DNA of 64,000 nucleotides from Octopus vulgaris (Eukaryota). Of this stretch, positions 1-13,880 are shown one piece after another. Position 1 is the first letter of the stretch. Each line of letters starts with the position of its first letter. Both the position numbers and the translations under genes were made by a program. The notes under the pieces were generated by a model, which was not told the DNA's origin, did no database searches, and saw only the letters and a program-made list of their open reading frames with translations. The stretch covers positions 23,684,001-23,748,000 of the forward strand of contig OX597842.1 in NCBI GenBank assembly GCA_951406725.2, read 5' to 3'.

Positions 1-691
1 TTCACATACTCCCTCCACAACACTGATATCAAGAAATCCTCTTGCGAGCGTGACCTAGGCATCACTGTCAGCAGTGATTTGCGTTGGTCAAAGCATATCT
101 CTAAGATTGTCAGGAAGGCCAAGGGTGTCTTGGCATCACTCAGCAGGTCTTTTGTTAGCCGCTCTCCAGCCATCTATTTAAAACTGTATACAGCTATGGT
201 ACGACCACACTTGGAATTCGCATCATCAGTTTGGAACCCCTATCTTGCACAGAACATTGACCTCCTGGAATCTGTCCAGAGACGTGCAACCAAACGCATA
301 CCCTCCATCAGACACCTACCATATTCTGAGCGCCTTGTTTCCCTGGGCATGGATTCACTGAAGCTCCGGCATTTGGCGACGGACTTGGTAAACACCCACA
401 AAGTTATCAACCACCTCACCAACAACAACACTGAACACCTTTTTGATCTCCATGTGTCTAACACACGTGGACATGCCTACAAAGTCAGAAAACAATACAG
501 CTCCCATGACTTTCGGAAACATTTTTTCACGCTCAGAGTTGCTGAAGCATGGAATAAACTGCCTGCGTCAGTTGTTGACTGCCATGACACTGCATCTTTT
601 AAGGCCCTCATGCTTTCCGAAATCCGCCGAAACTTCACCTGATTATATATACACTTTAGATGAGTTGTAGTGCACCTGAGCACTGTACACA

Positions 692-723
<32 letters not shown>
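1..723 (+). mobile_element. CR1/L2-type non-LTR retrotransposon 3' end (RT C-terminal region, 3'UTR, (ATT)n tail)
   Basis: ORF 79-642 has CR1-type motifs (LYTAMVRPHLEFASSVWNPY, LESVQRRATKRI, TRGHAYK, FFTLRVAEAWNKLP); followed by tgtagtgcacctgagcactgtacac and (att)n at 692-723. Confidence 0.85.
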
Positions 724-724
<1 letters not shown>

Positions 725-1457
725 AAAGCCAGGCTTACCTTGGAATGATTTGAACTCAGAACATAAAAGATTTGGAACAAATACTGCAAAGCAATTTGCC
801 TAATTGCTCTAATGATTCTGCCAAACACCAACCAAACAATGTATACCTTAGTAAGAGGGAAGGAAAGAAAGAGAGAGATTAAGGTAACTTGTATATCTTG
901 TCATACATCAAAAAATTCTAGTTGAATAAATATAGTGAAGTACTATGTAAAATGATGTAAAACAGTTAAATAAATAAAGATATGTGTCCAAGGAGGTATT
1001 AGGCATAAAATGTGTTCAGCATTAATTTTAAACATGGTTTTAACGCTGATATTAAAAATACTTGCTTGCTTTGATCTTTTGTAGTTAAATTTTTAATGGC
1101 TCTCTCTCTCACTCTCTCTTTACAGGTGTATAAATATATATGGAAATATAATCGTTTAAAAGTTTAGGTCAGTGGGTTTGTATTGTGATTAGACAAGAAA
1201 TCTATAAATTTGAACAAGTAGTCTTGTAAGTGGCAGCCAGTGTCACAACAGTTGCATCACAGGAACTGCCTATATACATGCAAACAATTTTTTACATGGA
1301 AAAAAGTTGTGTGTGTGTGTGTGAAGATTAATCAGCCAAAATTGCGAGGATTATCCAATTCTTGACTGAAGATTAAAGGCTTTGAATGACCTGTTCGTAT
1401 TTTTTGTATCGTCTATTTGGATGTTTTGCATTCTTGTCCCAATTGAATTTTTTTTAT

Positions 1458-1933
1458 GGGATGAGGTGGTCAAGCATGACCTCAGAGCATTGGGCCTCAC
1501 TGAGGCAATGGCGAAGGACCGAGATCTCTGGAGATATGCTGTGACTACAAAGACCCGGGCTGCTTTCTGCAGCAATTCCACATACCCCCTACCCATTCTA
1601 AGTACCCCGGATCCCCAAAGTACCCTGGATCCCCAAAGTACCCCGATCCCCAAAGTACCCCGGACCTCGTTGCCCCCGTGCCGCTGACACGTTAAAATGC
1701 TCGAACCGATCGTGACGATGCCGGACCCTCCGGCCCCTGTGCAGGTGGCACGTAAAAAGCACCCAATCCACTCACGGAGTGGTTGGCGTTAGGAAGGGCA
1801 TCCAGCCGTAGAAACTCTGCCAGATTCAGACTGGAGCCTGGTGCGGCCCCTGGCTTCCCAGACCCGGTCAAACCGTCCAACCCGTGCTAGCGCGGAAAGC
1901 GGACGTTAAACGATGATGATGATGATGATGATG
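1458..1933 (+). mobile_element. RTE-clade LINE 3' fragment with (GAT)n tail
   Basis: WDEVVKHDLRALGLTEAMAKDRDLWRYAV matches the C-terminus of the RTE copies at 10436-10891 and 39248-39478; 3'UTR ends ggacgttaaac(gat)n; internal ggatccccaaagtaccc-like tandem at about 1600-1660. Confidence 0.85.
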
Positions 1934-3551
1934 AAGTGTAACTGTATCTGTATCAAGATTTATTATAATAGGACAACAATTACGAATATTTTGTCTGTTA
2001 AAAAACTGGATTTATTCCTATTCAAGTTTGACCTCATCAACTTCAATTTCATCATTAGCAATTTAATATTAACGAACCCCAACTTCAGTATCATGTATGT
2101 ATCCAAATATATCAACACAGCAGTCACTTTGATCTCTTGTAGTGTTTGTGTTGAATTTTTGAGGAATTTGTTATACGAAAATAAAGGAATGGGAATAAGG
2201 AATAAAAGTTTTAAGTGACATTGATTTGGTCTTTGTTGTGCTTTCTTCATCATCATCATCATCCTTTAACATTTTCTATGCAGGATCAGGTGGGAAAGTG
2301 TTACAAGGGCTGTCAAGCCAGAGTGCTGTTCCAGATTCCAGTGAGATTTGGCTTGCTTTCTTTGGCTGTATGCCCTTAAGATACATGGTGTATTTTATAA
2401 ATATGCCTGTTCATGTATCATAACAGCCTGAAACTAGTAGTAGCTCTCTCGGTTATGTATTTAATTTGATGTGTGTATGTTTCTGAACACAGTGACTGTC
2501 TGATGACTAAAATAAGTGTATACAAATCTCGTATTTTGAGTGTATTCATGTATGGGGCAGAAGCATGGACTCCCTTTTACAGGGAAATAAAAAAATCTTG
2601 AAACTTTCCACATGTGCTGTTTGTGCAACAAAATAGGAAGATAAGACATCAAATGTCAAAACCTTAGAAATATGTGGTATGCCCAGCATCCAAAGCGTGT
2701 TGATGAGAATTCAGTGCAGATGGTTAGGACATGTTTTTCAAATGAAAAATGGCTGCATTAAAAAAATTCTTCTTTATGGCCAAAAAATGGAGGGATATCA
2801 TGGCAGAGGAAGACCTGTCCTTAGGTATAAGGATTAGCTGAAGCAATCAGTAAAGTCTCTTGAGTTTGATTTGACATGTTGGGGAAAGTCATTGCCTGGA
2901 TTCACTTCCATGGTGTAAAATTTCTGGCTCTACACAAATGGTGTAAATCTGATTTAGTTGTATTTACACCATTTCTCTTCAACAATAAATTTTCTCTGTG
3001 ACAAAACATGGTGAATAAGTTCGAATCTGGCTCTGACATTCTTAGAATGGTAATAACATTTTACTTTTAAACATCACTGCTTAGTTCTCCTACCTTGTTT
3101 AAAAAGTAAAACACCAAGGGAGGGCCAGGGATTGTGCACCTGTGTATACACAATATATACTGACATATACATTTTTACTAAAGTAAATACAGATTTCTCC
3201 TTCCAGTTATGCATACATCTATAAATACCTCACTGAATCCACAATGTGTCATCACAGTCAAACTGGACTACATTCACTGCATGCATTCCACTTGGATTAC
3301 AGACTTGAAATCCGAACGAATGGAAATTTCCAAGTTAGGCAAAGAATAATTAATAACAAAGATGCTGTTTCTGACATATTCTTTACTGATTAACAAAAGT
3401 GTAACATCCTGCAAAAGAACCGTTTTAATCAGGTGAATAAAGGTAAGAATTAGAAATCAGAACTTCCCAAGAAACTGAACATAATGCCAGATGACTCAAC
3501 TGACCTGATTCCGCCAGGAGAGTGACTAGGTTCTGCCTTACTAAGTTTATA

Positions 3552-4026
3552 TTAACCCTTTTGTTACCAACCCGGCTGAAACCGGCTCTGGCAATGAGTA
3601 CAAATGTCTTGTTTTCATAAGTTTTGAATTGAAATCTTCCACCAAACCTTAGTCACAATTTATGTTCCTAACACTAGCTTAATGATAACGAAGTTATTTT
3701 ACTAAATTCTGTGTTATATTTAAAATTAATTGAAAGGAACACAAAGCATCTCAACAAAAATATGGTAACAAAAGGGTTAAAGTCACCATGATATTTCTAA
3801 CTGTTTTGATATAAATCCAGCTGAAGCCACCTCTGGCTCTGTAGTATAAATGTCTTATTTTCAAAAATTCTGCATTAAAATCTTCCACTAAACCTTAGTC
3901 ACAATTTATGTTCCTAACACTAGCTTAATGATAACGAAGTTATTTTACTAAATTCTTTGTTATATTTAAAATTAATTGAAAGAAACACAGAGCATCTCAA
4001 AATAAATACAGTAACGAAAGGGTTAA
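3552..4026. mobile_element. Two adjacent TTAA-flanked MITEs (piggyBac-like ends)
   Basis: ttaa-cccttttgttac ... gtaacaaaaggg-ttaa (3552-3780) and a second, more degenerate copy ending gtaacgaaaggg-ttaa at 4026; same family as the 29455-30431 array, opposite orientation. Confidence 0.7.
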
Positions 4027-4199
4027 AGAGCTCTTTAGAAGGGTCACCAGAATGTGGGGGTAGGTAGGGGATGGGGCAGATGGAGAAAGAAATGAAAGGG
4101 AAGCAGTGATATTTGAGCTCATAAAGGGCTGTAGGGTAAAACAAAGGGTTGTAAACAAATCGTTGAAAAGTTGGATTAGCAAGAGGTTATCCATTGATG

Positions 4200-4600
4200 T
4201 GACACACTCTTGTGGAAAGGTACACCTTGCAATGGTGGATTGTGGGCCAGGGTGGATGGCGTCATGGAGAGAAATCAGGGTGGTAATGCTGCGGAAGGGC
4301 TGCAATCAGTGTGTTTGGAATGGGGGCTTGTAGATGAGCTATTAATGGACAATAGTACAGCTTTTTGCACCATTGTTCAATTGAATTTAAGGCTGAGAGG
4401 CAACAGATCTACCGCATGGAGGCAGTCTTCGAGTTCGTTCCATAGACAGCCATATTCTGGTACAAATGGGGGCACTGCAGCAGCTGGAGGTGGAAGGGGT
4501 TACATTGGTATAGGCCATAGACAAAATTGGATGAAGCCCCCAAATGCGTGTGAGACATTCTCAATCACTGATAACAGATGAACTGCACACAGAAATGTCG
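4200..4600 (+). mobile_element. Degenerate LTR-retrotransposon (Gypsy-like) integrase fragment
   Basis: GLVDELLMDNSTAF resembles the integrase core G.P....DNG..F motif; broken across frames. Confidence 0.4.
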
Positions 4601-5539
4601 CTGTGGGTAGCTATTAAGTTGGTTTGCAGAGAAGGGCCATCCGGTTAGGTAGGAGAAGGATCTGACAATTTATATCAGTGGTGCTCAACTCAGGTCCACA
4701 CAGCCCCCTCAGGGTCCCATATAAGATTGAGTGGGATTACACAACAAAATATTATGGAAAACCATAATTATATTTTAAGGGCATTCGAAAAAATTTTGCT
4801 TTACGAACGTAACTGATATGTACTATGTCATAAATAACGGACAATTTCATATGTCACTGGAAAGAATTGTTGTTGACAACGATCCGGACAAATTGGATTC
4901 ACCTCAATAGACGTCATTGATTGGTTGAAATTGCCGAAATGCAAGAAATTAAACAACAAATATCTTACAAACTATAGAATTTTCTCAATAAAGCCAAGAG
5001 AAAAAGATGTTTTAAAAACACATTCTACCAGTATACGAAGTTTAAAAGTGTTTATTTACAAAGAAATTATTTTTAAAATCTGCCGTTCAAACCGAAAAGA
5101 TCCTACGTGAGTACTCTTTGTTAAAATAATCTGGTGTAAATTTGAAAAATTCTTGAAGGAGAAGTGGTTGACAAAATGGGACAAAAAAAAAAAACAACAA
5201 AAAATCACTGAAATGAAATCAACCAGTCCGTAGAGCCATCTATTGGAGAATTAAAGAAATACAATCATATAAAGGGAAGTAACTGCTACCAAACTTGTTT
5301 TACAAGCTCCAAGTTAAACATTAATTAAGGTGCTTAATTAGCAATCACTGACTCGTTCATATCTGAATACGGTAAGTTGAGAAATATTTACTTGAAGGCT
5401 ATGATGGTGATAATAATGCAAATAATAGAATTATGTGACCCTCTTGATGTTATAGTATTTATTACGAATCGAAAACATTTGGAAAATATTTCGTTTTTGG
5501 ATTTGGTTTGCAAGATTCTTTATATGAGTTCGTGTATTG

Positions 5540-6345
5540 AAGCATATTCTGTCGTATCTGGGGAGAGTCATTCTCTTTTGGTGCCTTATAATTTAACACA
5601 CTCACCGGTAAAATTTCCACTTTTTTCTTATTTTTATTTTCCTAAAATTTTCGTTGCGTCTTGCAACCTTTTCAATAGTTTTCAGTTTTGATATATAGAG
5701 ATAAGTGGCTGATAATAGGTTTTAGAGTTTTGTCGTGGGGGTAAGGGTCGTAAATCACTTCCTAGTTTCGGCGGGGGAGGTTGAAATTTGATATTGTTGT
5801 GATGAGTGGTCAGTCTACACCTATCCACCACTACAGGTTTATAGCTTTAAGTTTATAGTGTGTGTGTGTGTGTGCGTGCATATACATACACATATACATA
5901 CGTATATATATATATATAACGAACTAACTGTTACTTTCTCAGATGCAGCACGGATCTTTGTCAGTGAACAGGTCGCGGGTCTTAAAGCAACGAAAATATT
6001 TTGACAAATTAAACTTAGATGTTGAAGTGAATCGAACGGCTTTTGTGTGATTCTTAAATGGCTTACAAACACCTTCCACGCTGCACCTGTTTTCGTTTCA
6101 GCACACGATCTCAGATCAAATCACTTGCTATGCAAGTACATCTCCGTAGTTATGAGTCAAAACTATTGAAAATGTTGCAAGATGCAACGAAAATTTTAGG
6201 ACAATAAAAATAAGAAATAAGTGGAAATTTTACCAGTGAGTGTGTTAAATTATAAGGCACAAAAATGAAAATAAAATAATAATGAAATTATTGTATACAG
6301 TGCTCAGGTGCACCACAACAAAATGACTCTCTCCAGACGCAATAG
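5540..6345. mobile_element. Non-autonomous element with about 150-bp inverted arms
   Basis: 5560-5680 (gagagtcatt...ttgcgtcttgcaaccttttcaatagttt) is the approximate reverse complement of 6160-6340 (aaactattgaaaatgttgcaagatgcaacg...aatgactctctcc). Confidence 0.6.
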
Positions 6346-7549
6346 AATTTGGAAAATATATTTCCGTGTCTTAAATAATGAATTCCAAACCGAAATGTTG
6401 ATGTGTTGCTTATGAAATCTTATGATCGACTGTTACATGTGATATAAAGGAAATTAGTTGGTAAAATGAGTGTCAAGCGGTGTAATTATTAAAATGAGAC
6501 GAAACCGTTTGCAGAATACTAGCGAACAGTGCATCCGCGCTAGCTTGTTGTGACCAGTCGATCCTGTAATGACTACCTAGCAAAGTAAATAAAACAGAAA
6601 ATAAATAATTTTTTTACACAAAGTAAATAACACAAAAAAACACAAAGCAAGGATCGACTAGTCATGACTAGCTTGCTGTGGATGCGCGAGTATGCGAGAG
6701 CGCGCGCCGGGACCACTGTTCTCAAGAAGGACCCATTGATGTTGACCTGTTTTTTATGAGGCATCGGTAGAACGGTAAGTTGACAAAGACTTCTTTTAAG
6801 ATTATATTAATACTAGTAATGATGATGATGGTCCCAAATTTTGGCAGATAGTCGTTTACATAGAAGCAGGTATCTCCTGAAAGGAATGGAAGCCAAAATC
6901 GACCTCGGCCGTATAACTCAGGACTTGTTTTTGTATATATATATATATATATATATGAATGCTGTATTTTATTTTATTTCCGACGTAGGATCTTTTCGGT
7001 TTGAACGGCAGTTTTTTCTAGTGGTGTTATATGAAATTATCACCCATAATTATGACCCTAGTATCGATCTATTGCATTTCAGTCATATATAGACATTGAA
7101 TGAATGACAGTGTTGCAATGTTGAATTACTATGTTTTTTAATGATTCTCTTTATCTTACTGTTTCTTTTCCTATTTCAGAATAACATACCATGTTGATGG
7201 AAACGAAATTTCTTCATTCAGATGTGCCTCTGATATTTTTATTGACTTTCATCAACTAAAAGAAGACCATATATATAAGTATAAGGCACATTCATCAATG
7301 CATCAATCTCTTTATAAAAATAAAATCTTTGTGATAAACAATGGGAAAATACTGTATTCAACAGCAACATTTTTTTGTTTTCACTGTCTGGAATGTACAG
7401 GAGATGATCAATTTACAGGTTAATTGAGCTTGGATTACTTTACAAAAGAGTTAACCGTTTACGTCTGTTTTAGCTATTAAGATCACTGATGAAACACAAC
7501 TTGAAATTATTCTCTTGTAATGAATAATTTAACTAAACCAAAAAACTCT

Positions 7550-8166
7550 GATACAAGAGAGAAGCCATATCACTGATATTTGTGGTAAATCATTTTCTCA
7601 AAGTGGAGACTTGTCTAAACACAAATGTACACACACTGGAGAGAAGCAATTTCATTGTAATATCTGTGGTAAATCATTCTCTGTAAATAGCACTTTAACT
7701 AGTCACAGATGTATTCATACTGGGGAAAAACCACATCAATGTGATATCTGGTGAATCATTTTCTGAACGTAGTAACTTGAAAAGGCACAAACCTACACAT
7801 ACAGGTGAGAAGCCATATCATTGTGATGTCTGTGGTAAATCATTCTCTCTAAGTGGTTCTTTGAGTTGTCACAAGCGTATTCATACTGGGGAAAAGCCAT
7901 GTCATACAGGAAAGAAGCCATATCATTGTAACATCTGTGGTAAATCATTCACCAGAAGTGGTACATTAAGTACACACCAAAGTATTCATACAGGGATACC
8001 ATATTGTTGTGATATTTGTGGTAAATCCTTTTCTTATAATAATGATCTAAAGAGACACCAACGTATTCATACAGGAGAGAAGCCATATCATTGTGATATT
8101 TGTGGTAAATCATTCTCTCAAAAATGCCTCTTAAATACACACGTGAGTAATCATACACAAGTTTGA
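7550..8166 (+). pseudogene. C2H2 zinc-finger array gene, frameshifted (probable pseudogene)
   Basis: About 6-7 C2H2 fingers with [17 protein letters not shown] linkers; apparent 2-bp deletions at about 7574 (cactgatatt) and about 7749 (atctggtgaa), and a collapsed finger at about 7900 ([10 protein letters not shown]); acceptor-like ctatttcag at 7171-7179 upstream. Confidence 0.8.
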
Positions 8167-9865
8167 TATGTCAGTGTCAAAATTTATTACAACTGGACAA
8201 AAATTATGAATATTTTGTCAGATGAAAAACAGGGTTTATTCCTCTTCAAGCTTCATGTTATCAACTTCAATTTCATTAATGTCAATATGAAATTTATGAA
8301 TATCAACTTCAACATCATGTCATCATCATCATCGTTTAACGTCTGCTTTCCATACTAGCATGGGTTGGATGATTTGACTGAGGTCTGGCGAACCAGATGG
8401 CTGCACCAGACCCCAATCTTGATCTGGCAGAGTTTCTACAGCTGGATTCCCTTCCAAATGCCAACCACTCCGAGAGTGTAGAGGGTGCTTTTACATGCCA
8501 CCAGCACAGGGGCCAGTCAGGTGCTACTTGCATGTATATATATAAACGAAGAGGATTTTGCTGGATTTTTGAGGAATTTGTTATGATAGAATAAAGGAAT
8601 GGGAATAAGGAATAAAATTTGAAAGGGACATCGATTTTGTCTTTGTTGTGTTTTGATCATCATCATCCTTTTGTCTGTAGGCTTGGGTGGGCAAGTGTGA
8701 CATGAGCTGTCAAGCCAGAGTGCTGCTCCAGGTTACCCTCAGATTTGGCTGTATGCCCTTAAGATACGTGGCATAGTTTATAAATATGCCTGTTCAAGTA
8801 TCATAATAGCATGAAACTAGTAGTAGCCCTTTCAATTGTGTATTTAATTTGATATATGTATGTTTGTGTTTGAACATGATATCAGTCTGATAACTAAAAT
8901 ATATGTATACAATTCTTGTATTTCAAGCTTATTTCTGAATGGGGCAGAAGCATGGACTGCCTTCTACAGACAAATAAGGAAACTTGAAACATTTCACATG
9001 TGTGCAACATATGCAGCAAAGTGGCAAGATAAGACATCAAATATCAAAATCTTAGAAATGTGTGATTTGTCCAGTATCCATTGCATGATGATGAGAATTC
9101 AGTGCAGATGGGTAGGACATGTTTTACAAGTGAAAAATGACTGCATTATGAAAATTCTTCGGTGTATCCAACAAAGAACAGCAGAAATTGTATTCACCTC
9201 TATAGACGTCATTGATTGGTTGAAATTTGCCGAAATGCAAGAAATTTAACAACAAATAGCTTACAAACTATAGAATTTTCTCAAGAAAGCCAAGAGAAAA
9301 AGATGTTTTATGTAACACATTCTACCAGTATATGAAGGTTAAAAGTGTTTATTTACAAAGGAATTATGTTTTAAATCTGGTGGTCAAAGTGAAAAGGTCC
9401 CAGGCTTGTTTTTGAGGCTACAGCTCCCAATAAAAATTCAGCTTTTCTGGTGAAAATTTGAAAACTCTTCAAGATGAAGATGTTCACAGAATGGGACAGT
9501 AGAGTCATCTGTTGGAGAATAAAAGAAATACAACCAGATAAAGGGAAATAACTTTTACAACACTCCAAACAATGTGGTCTCTGTAAATTATTAATTAAGG
9601 AGCTTAATTACTGATCACTGACTCGTTGTTTGTATCTGAATACGGTAAGTTGACAAAGATTTATTGTAAGGCTGTAAAGGTGATAATACTACTACTACTA
9701 CTAATAATAATGTAATAATAGGATTATGTGAACCTCTTGTTCGTAAAGTAATTATTTCGAATCGGAAACTTAACAAAATTAGGAAAATATAATTTGCTTG
9801 TCTTAATTAATAATTTCCAAACTGAAATGTTGATCTGTTGTTTATGGAAACCTATGATCGACTGT

Positions 9866-11080
9866 TACATCATCATCATTGTTTAACGTCCGTTTTCCGC
9901 GCTAGCACGGGTTGGATGGTTCGACCGGGGTCTGGGAAGCCAGGGGCTGCACCAGGCTCCAGTCTGATCTGGCAGAGTTTCTACAGCTGGATGCCCTTCC
10001 TAACGCCAACCACTCCGCAAGTGTAGTGGGTGCTTTTTATGTGCCACCTGCATAGGTGCCAGGGGGGTCCGGCATTGGCCATGATTGGTTGGTGCTTTTA
10101 ACGTGCCACCAGCACGGAAGCCAGCCAAGGCGGCGCTGGCATCGGCCACATTTGGATGGTGCTTTTTATGTGCCACCGGCACTGGAGCCAGTCGAGGTAG
10201 CGCTGGCATCGGCCACGTTCGGATGGTGCTTTTTATGTGCCACTGGCACAGAAGCCAGTCGAGGCGGCGCTGGCAACGGCCACGTTCGGATGGCGCTTTT
10301 TATGTGCCACCGGCACAGGTATCACAACTACTATTTCCATTGATATTTATTTCAATGTTCATGTACTTGACTCAACAGGTCTCCTCAAGCACAGCGGGAT
10401 GTTCTGGAATCCAAGGTACTTTGAATGGGCAGGGGCTATGCGGAACTGGTGCAGGAAGCAGCCCGGGTCTTTGCAGTCACAGCATATCTCCAGAGATCTC
10501 GGTCCTTCGCCATTGCCTCAGTGAGGCCCAACGATCTGAGGTCATGCTTGACTACCTCATCCCATGTCTTCCTAGGTCTACCTCTCCCCCTGATACCTTC
10601 AACTGTTTGGGAGTGGCACTTCTTCACACATCTCTCCTCATCCATCCGCAATACATGATCATACCATCGCAAGCGTCGCTCTTGCACACCACATCTGATG
10701 CTTCTTATGTCCAGCATTTCTCTCAGGGTGCTTACACTCTGTCGTGCGTGCACACTGACATTACACATCCAGCAGATCATGCTAGCTTCATTCCTTTCAA
10801 GTCTACGCATGTCCCCTGCAGTCACAGCCCATGTTTCACTACCGTGAAGTGTGGCAGTTCGCACACATGCGTCATACAATCTACCTTTCACTTTGATCGA
10901 GAGACCCTTTGTCGCCGGTAGGAGCTTTCTGAACTTTGCCCAGGCTATTCGTATTCTAGTGGTGACACTCTCTGAGCATCCACCTCCACTACTAACTTGG
11001 TCACCCAGGTAGCAGAAACTATCAACTACTTCTAGTTTCTCCCCCTGGAGTGTGATGGAATCTGTTTTCTGAGTATCTGT
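9866..11080 (-). mobile_element. RTE-clade LINE, 5'-truncated
   Basis: ORF 10436-10891 (KGRLYDACVRTATLHGSETW, RRLRWYDHVLRM, RGRGRPRKTW); (cat)n tail at about 9868; imperfect tandem repeats of ggatggtgctttttatgtgccaccggcac in the 3'UTR at 10025-10320. Confidence 0.9.
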
Positions 11081-11684
11081 GGTGTTACATGTGATATAAA
11101 GGAAATTAACGGGTAAAATGTAAGTAATATGGCATATTTAATTAGTAAAATTAGAGGAAGAATACCACATTAATTAATGCTGTCCTGTTGTTTATGAGGC
11201 ATTGATAATAAGATTTAGTTTAATGTTATATTAATAATAGTGATGATGATGATGGTTTCAAATTTTGGCCCAAGGCCAGGAATCTTTCATGCAAGTGAGG
11301 GGAGTAGAATATATGGGACTTAGTATTTCCCGAAAGGGATGAAGGCAAAGTCGACCTCGGCCGTATTTAAACTCAGGACTTTCTGCCGAAGTCGACATTT
11401 CACTTAAATTCGTTTCTGAGTCCATAAATAATAATGAAGATAATGATAAGGGCCTGTAATTTGGAGGGGAGACGTAATTCTATTGCCTGGACCCTAGTTC
11501 TTTTTATTGCTTTTGATTTCATTGACCTCGAAAGGATGACAGGCAAAGTGAACCTCGGTGGAATTTGAACTTTCAGAGTAAAGACGGAAGAGTGTTACAT
11601 ATGATATGAAGTAAATAGATAAAAGATTTGGTAGATTTACGGTAATTCAGGATTGGCAGATGTTCCTTACATTTAATTTGATTA

Positions 11685-12015
11685 TATATTTCTTTATTGC
11701 CCACAAGGGGCTAAACATTGAAGGGACAAACAAGGACAGACAAACTGATTAAGTCGATTACATCGACCCCAGTGCGTAACTGGTACTTAATTTATCGACC
11801 CCGAAAGGATGAAAGGCAAAGTCGACCTTGGCGGAATTTGAACTCAGAACGTAGCGGCAGACGTGATACCTGTTTCTTTACTGATTAAGTCGATTACATC
11901 GACCCCAGTGCGTAACTGGTACTTAATTTATCGACCCCGAAAGGATGAAAGGCAAAGTCGACCTCGGCTACGCATTTCGCCCGACGTGCTTATGTTTCTG
12001 CCAGCTCGCCGCCTT
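11685..12015 (+). mobile_element. SINE-like repeat with internal direct duplication
   Basis: gaccccgaaaggatgaaaggcaaagtcgacct...ggaatttgaactcagaacgt family, also seen at about 730, 11520 and 51330; 11746-11830 is duplicated at 11881-11967. Confidence 0.6.
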
Positions 12016-13564
12016 AAAATAAAAAAAGAAAAGAAATTAACAGGCTTTGACACTTAATTAACGAAGTTTGCTGTACAAATTATTTGCTATTTCTATATGA
12101 AACAGTACGAAAATAGTCTGTGGCATGGCATCAAAATTAAAATAAAAAGAGGAAATTGAGAATTAAAAACAAAAAAAATGAGTGTCGTTGAGCCAAGGAA
12201 AAATTATTCGCCAGACATTTTGCTATTATTTCTTGCATATCAAGGTTTCTGGTGAGGGCTTTATATTTTTTCGTCATGGCATGCGCAAAACTCAAGATTG
12301 TTATCGCTTGCAGTTATTTTGGGGGCAAAATTTGAATGGTTTTTCTTTTGTTTCAGAAAGTTTGACTGCAGCCGTGCTGGAGCACCGTCTCTAGTCGAGG
12401 GAACCAACCCCAGGACTTATTCTTTGTAAGCCCAGTACTTATTCTATTGTTGTCTTTTGCTGCACTGCTATATTACGGGGATGTAAACACACCAGCATCG
12501 GAAGGGGCAGCCGTGACGCGAGCGGGGCATCTGCCTTTTCGAATCAGGTCGTCGGGGGGTTAAGACGGGTCATCACGTTGTTAAGGCTGGGTGAAGCAGC
12601 TGCTATTTCTAGCGTTCGCGTCGGACTGTGTTGAAGGATCCGTTACCACTGAAGGGTCTCCGTCTGAGCAAAGAGAAGGTAGGTGCCTTTATTTCGAATC
12701 TCTCGCATACACCACAGTCGACAAACACGAAGCCACCCACATATACATACACACACACACACATTACTCGACGGGCTTCTTTCAGTTTCCGTCTAGTAAA
12801 TACACTTTGGTCGACCTGAGGCTATAGAAGACATTTGCCCCAGGTGCTATTGTAAATTTTGATACTTTTACCCGCACGATTTTCACTAAGAAAAATAGAA
12901 ATCGGATTTTTTGCGTGGATTCAAGTACCCTGACCTCCTAATATGCTGCAAACCCCTTATTTTTGTCCGGAAAAAGGTGTGGGTGGCAAACCGCCCCACC
13001 CACCCATATCCAGGAATCATTGGAATTTTTTTTTTTCTTTTTGTTAAACGAATCTCGTAATATGCCACAAAAACCTTTTTCCAGGTCAGGAAATGGAGTG
13101 CGGTGGAAACCTCGGAAATTTCAACCGCTACCCCACCCTTTTGCTGTTTCTTTCTTTACCCATATTTTTAGATAACATTTTGCAGAAATAGGTTTTCAAG
13201 AGAGTGTGGATTACATTAGATTAAAAATTGAGAGAAGTTAGAAATAAATAAGTGAAAAATGCAGAACTTATAGAAGTTCGAGTGGTACCGAAGTCAGTGG
13301 AGAGATAAATAAGGATAAATAATTGATCTAAAAAGAAAAACACATTAGTTTGTGTATGAAACAAGTAAAATTATAATATTAAAACAAAATAAAAGTTTTC
13401 ATACCTGTTCGAGTCACTGAATATAATCTCAGATTGCAGAATAGAATTGAAACACTAAAGCAGTTTCCCTTTGTAATTTTCTGCGCTGGAATTACGTTTC
13501 ATTTTTGTGTGTGTGTGTTTGTAGAGAGAGGGGAAGAGAGAGAAGGTAAATCGATATATTTGTG

Positions 13565-13621
<57 letters not shown>

Positions 13622-13717
13622 GTATATATATATGTATATATATATATATACCGGAGTAAACACATAAATGTGAGACAAGGTGGAAAAAAAGAGTACTCAA
13701 ATACCAGTGGTAGAGTA

Positions 13718-13880
13718 ATATGCTTTATTTAAAGCAGCAGAAAATTCAACAAAACCTGTTACTCTGAGTTTCACGTTCCGTTCGTCGGACAGTTTTTGCT
13801 AGATTCTAAACTGTCCGACGAACGGGAACGTGAAACTCAGACTAACAGGTTTTGTTGAATTTTCTGCTGCTTTAAATAAA

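Noticed and set aside
6526-6690. Imperfect inverted repeat and CG-rich patch as a structured ncRNA
   Set aside because: About 35-bp arms with several mismatches; no recognisable RNA family; more likely an old small MITE
10056-10921. Overlapping 95-278 aa plus-strand ORFs
   Set aside because: Antisense frames of the minus-strand RTE and its repetitive 3'UTR
12500-12720. GC-rich unique-looking insert inside a SINE
   Set aside because: No ORF, structure or TSD recognised; adjacent 12860-13200 also looks error-prone, so possibly a consensus artefact
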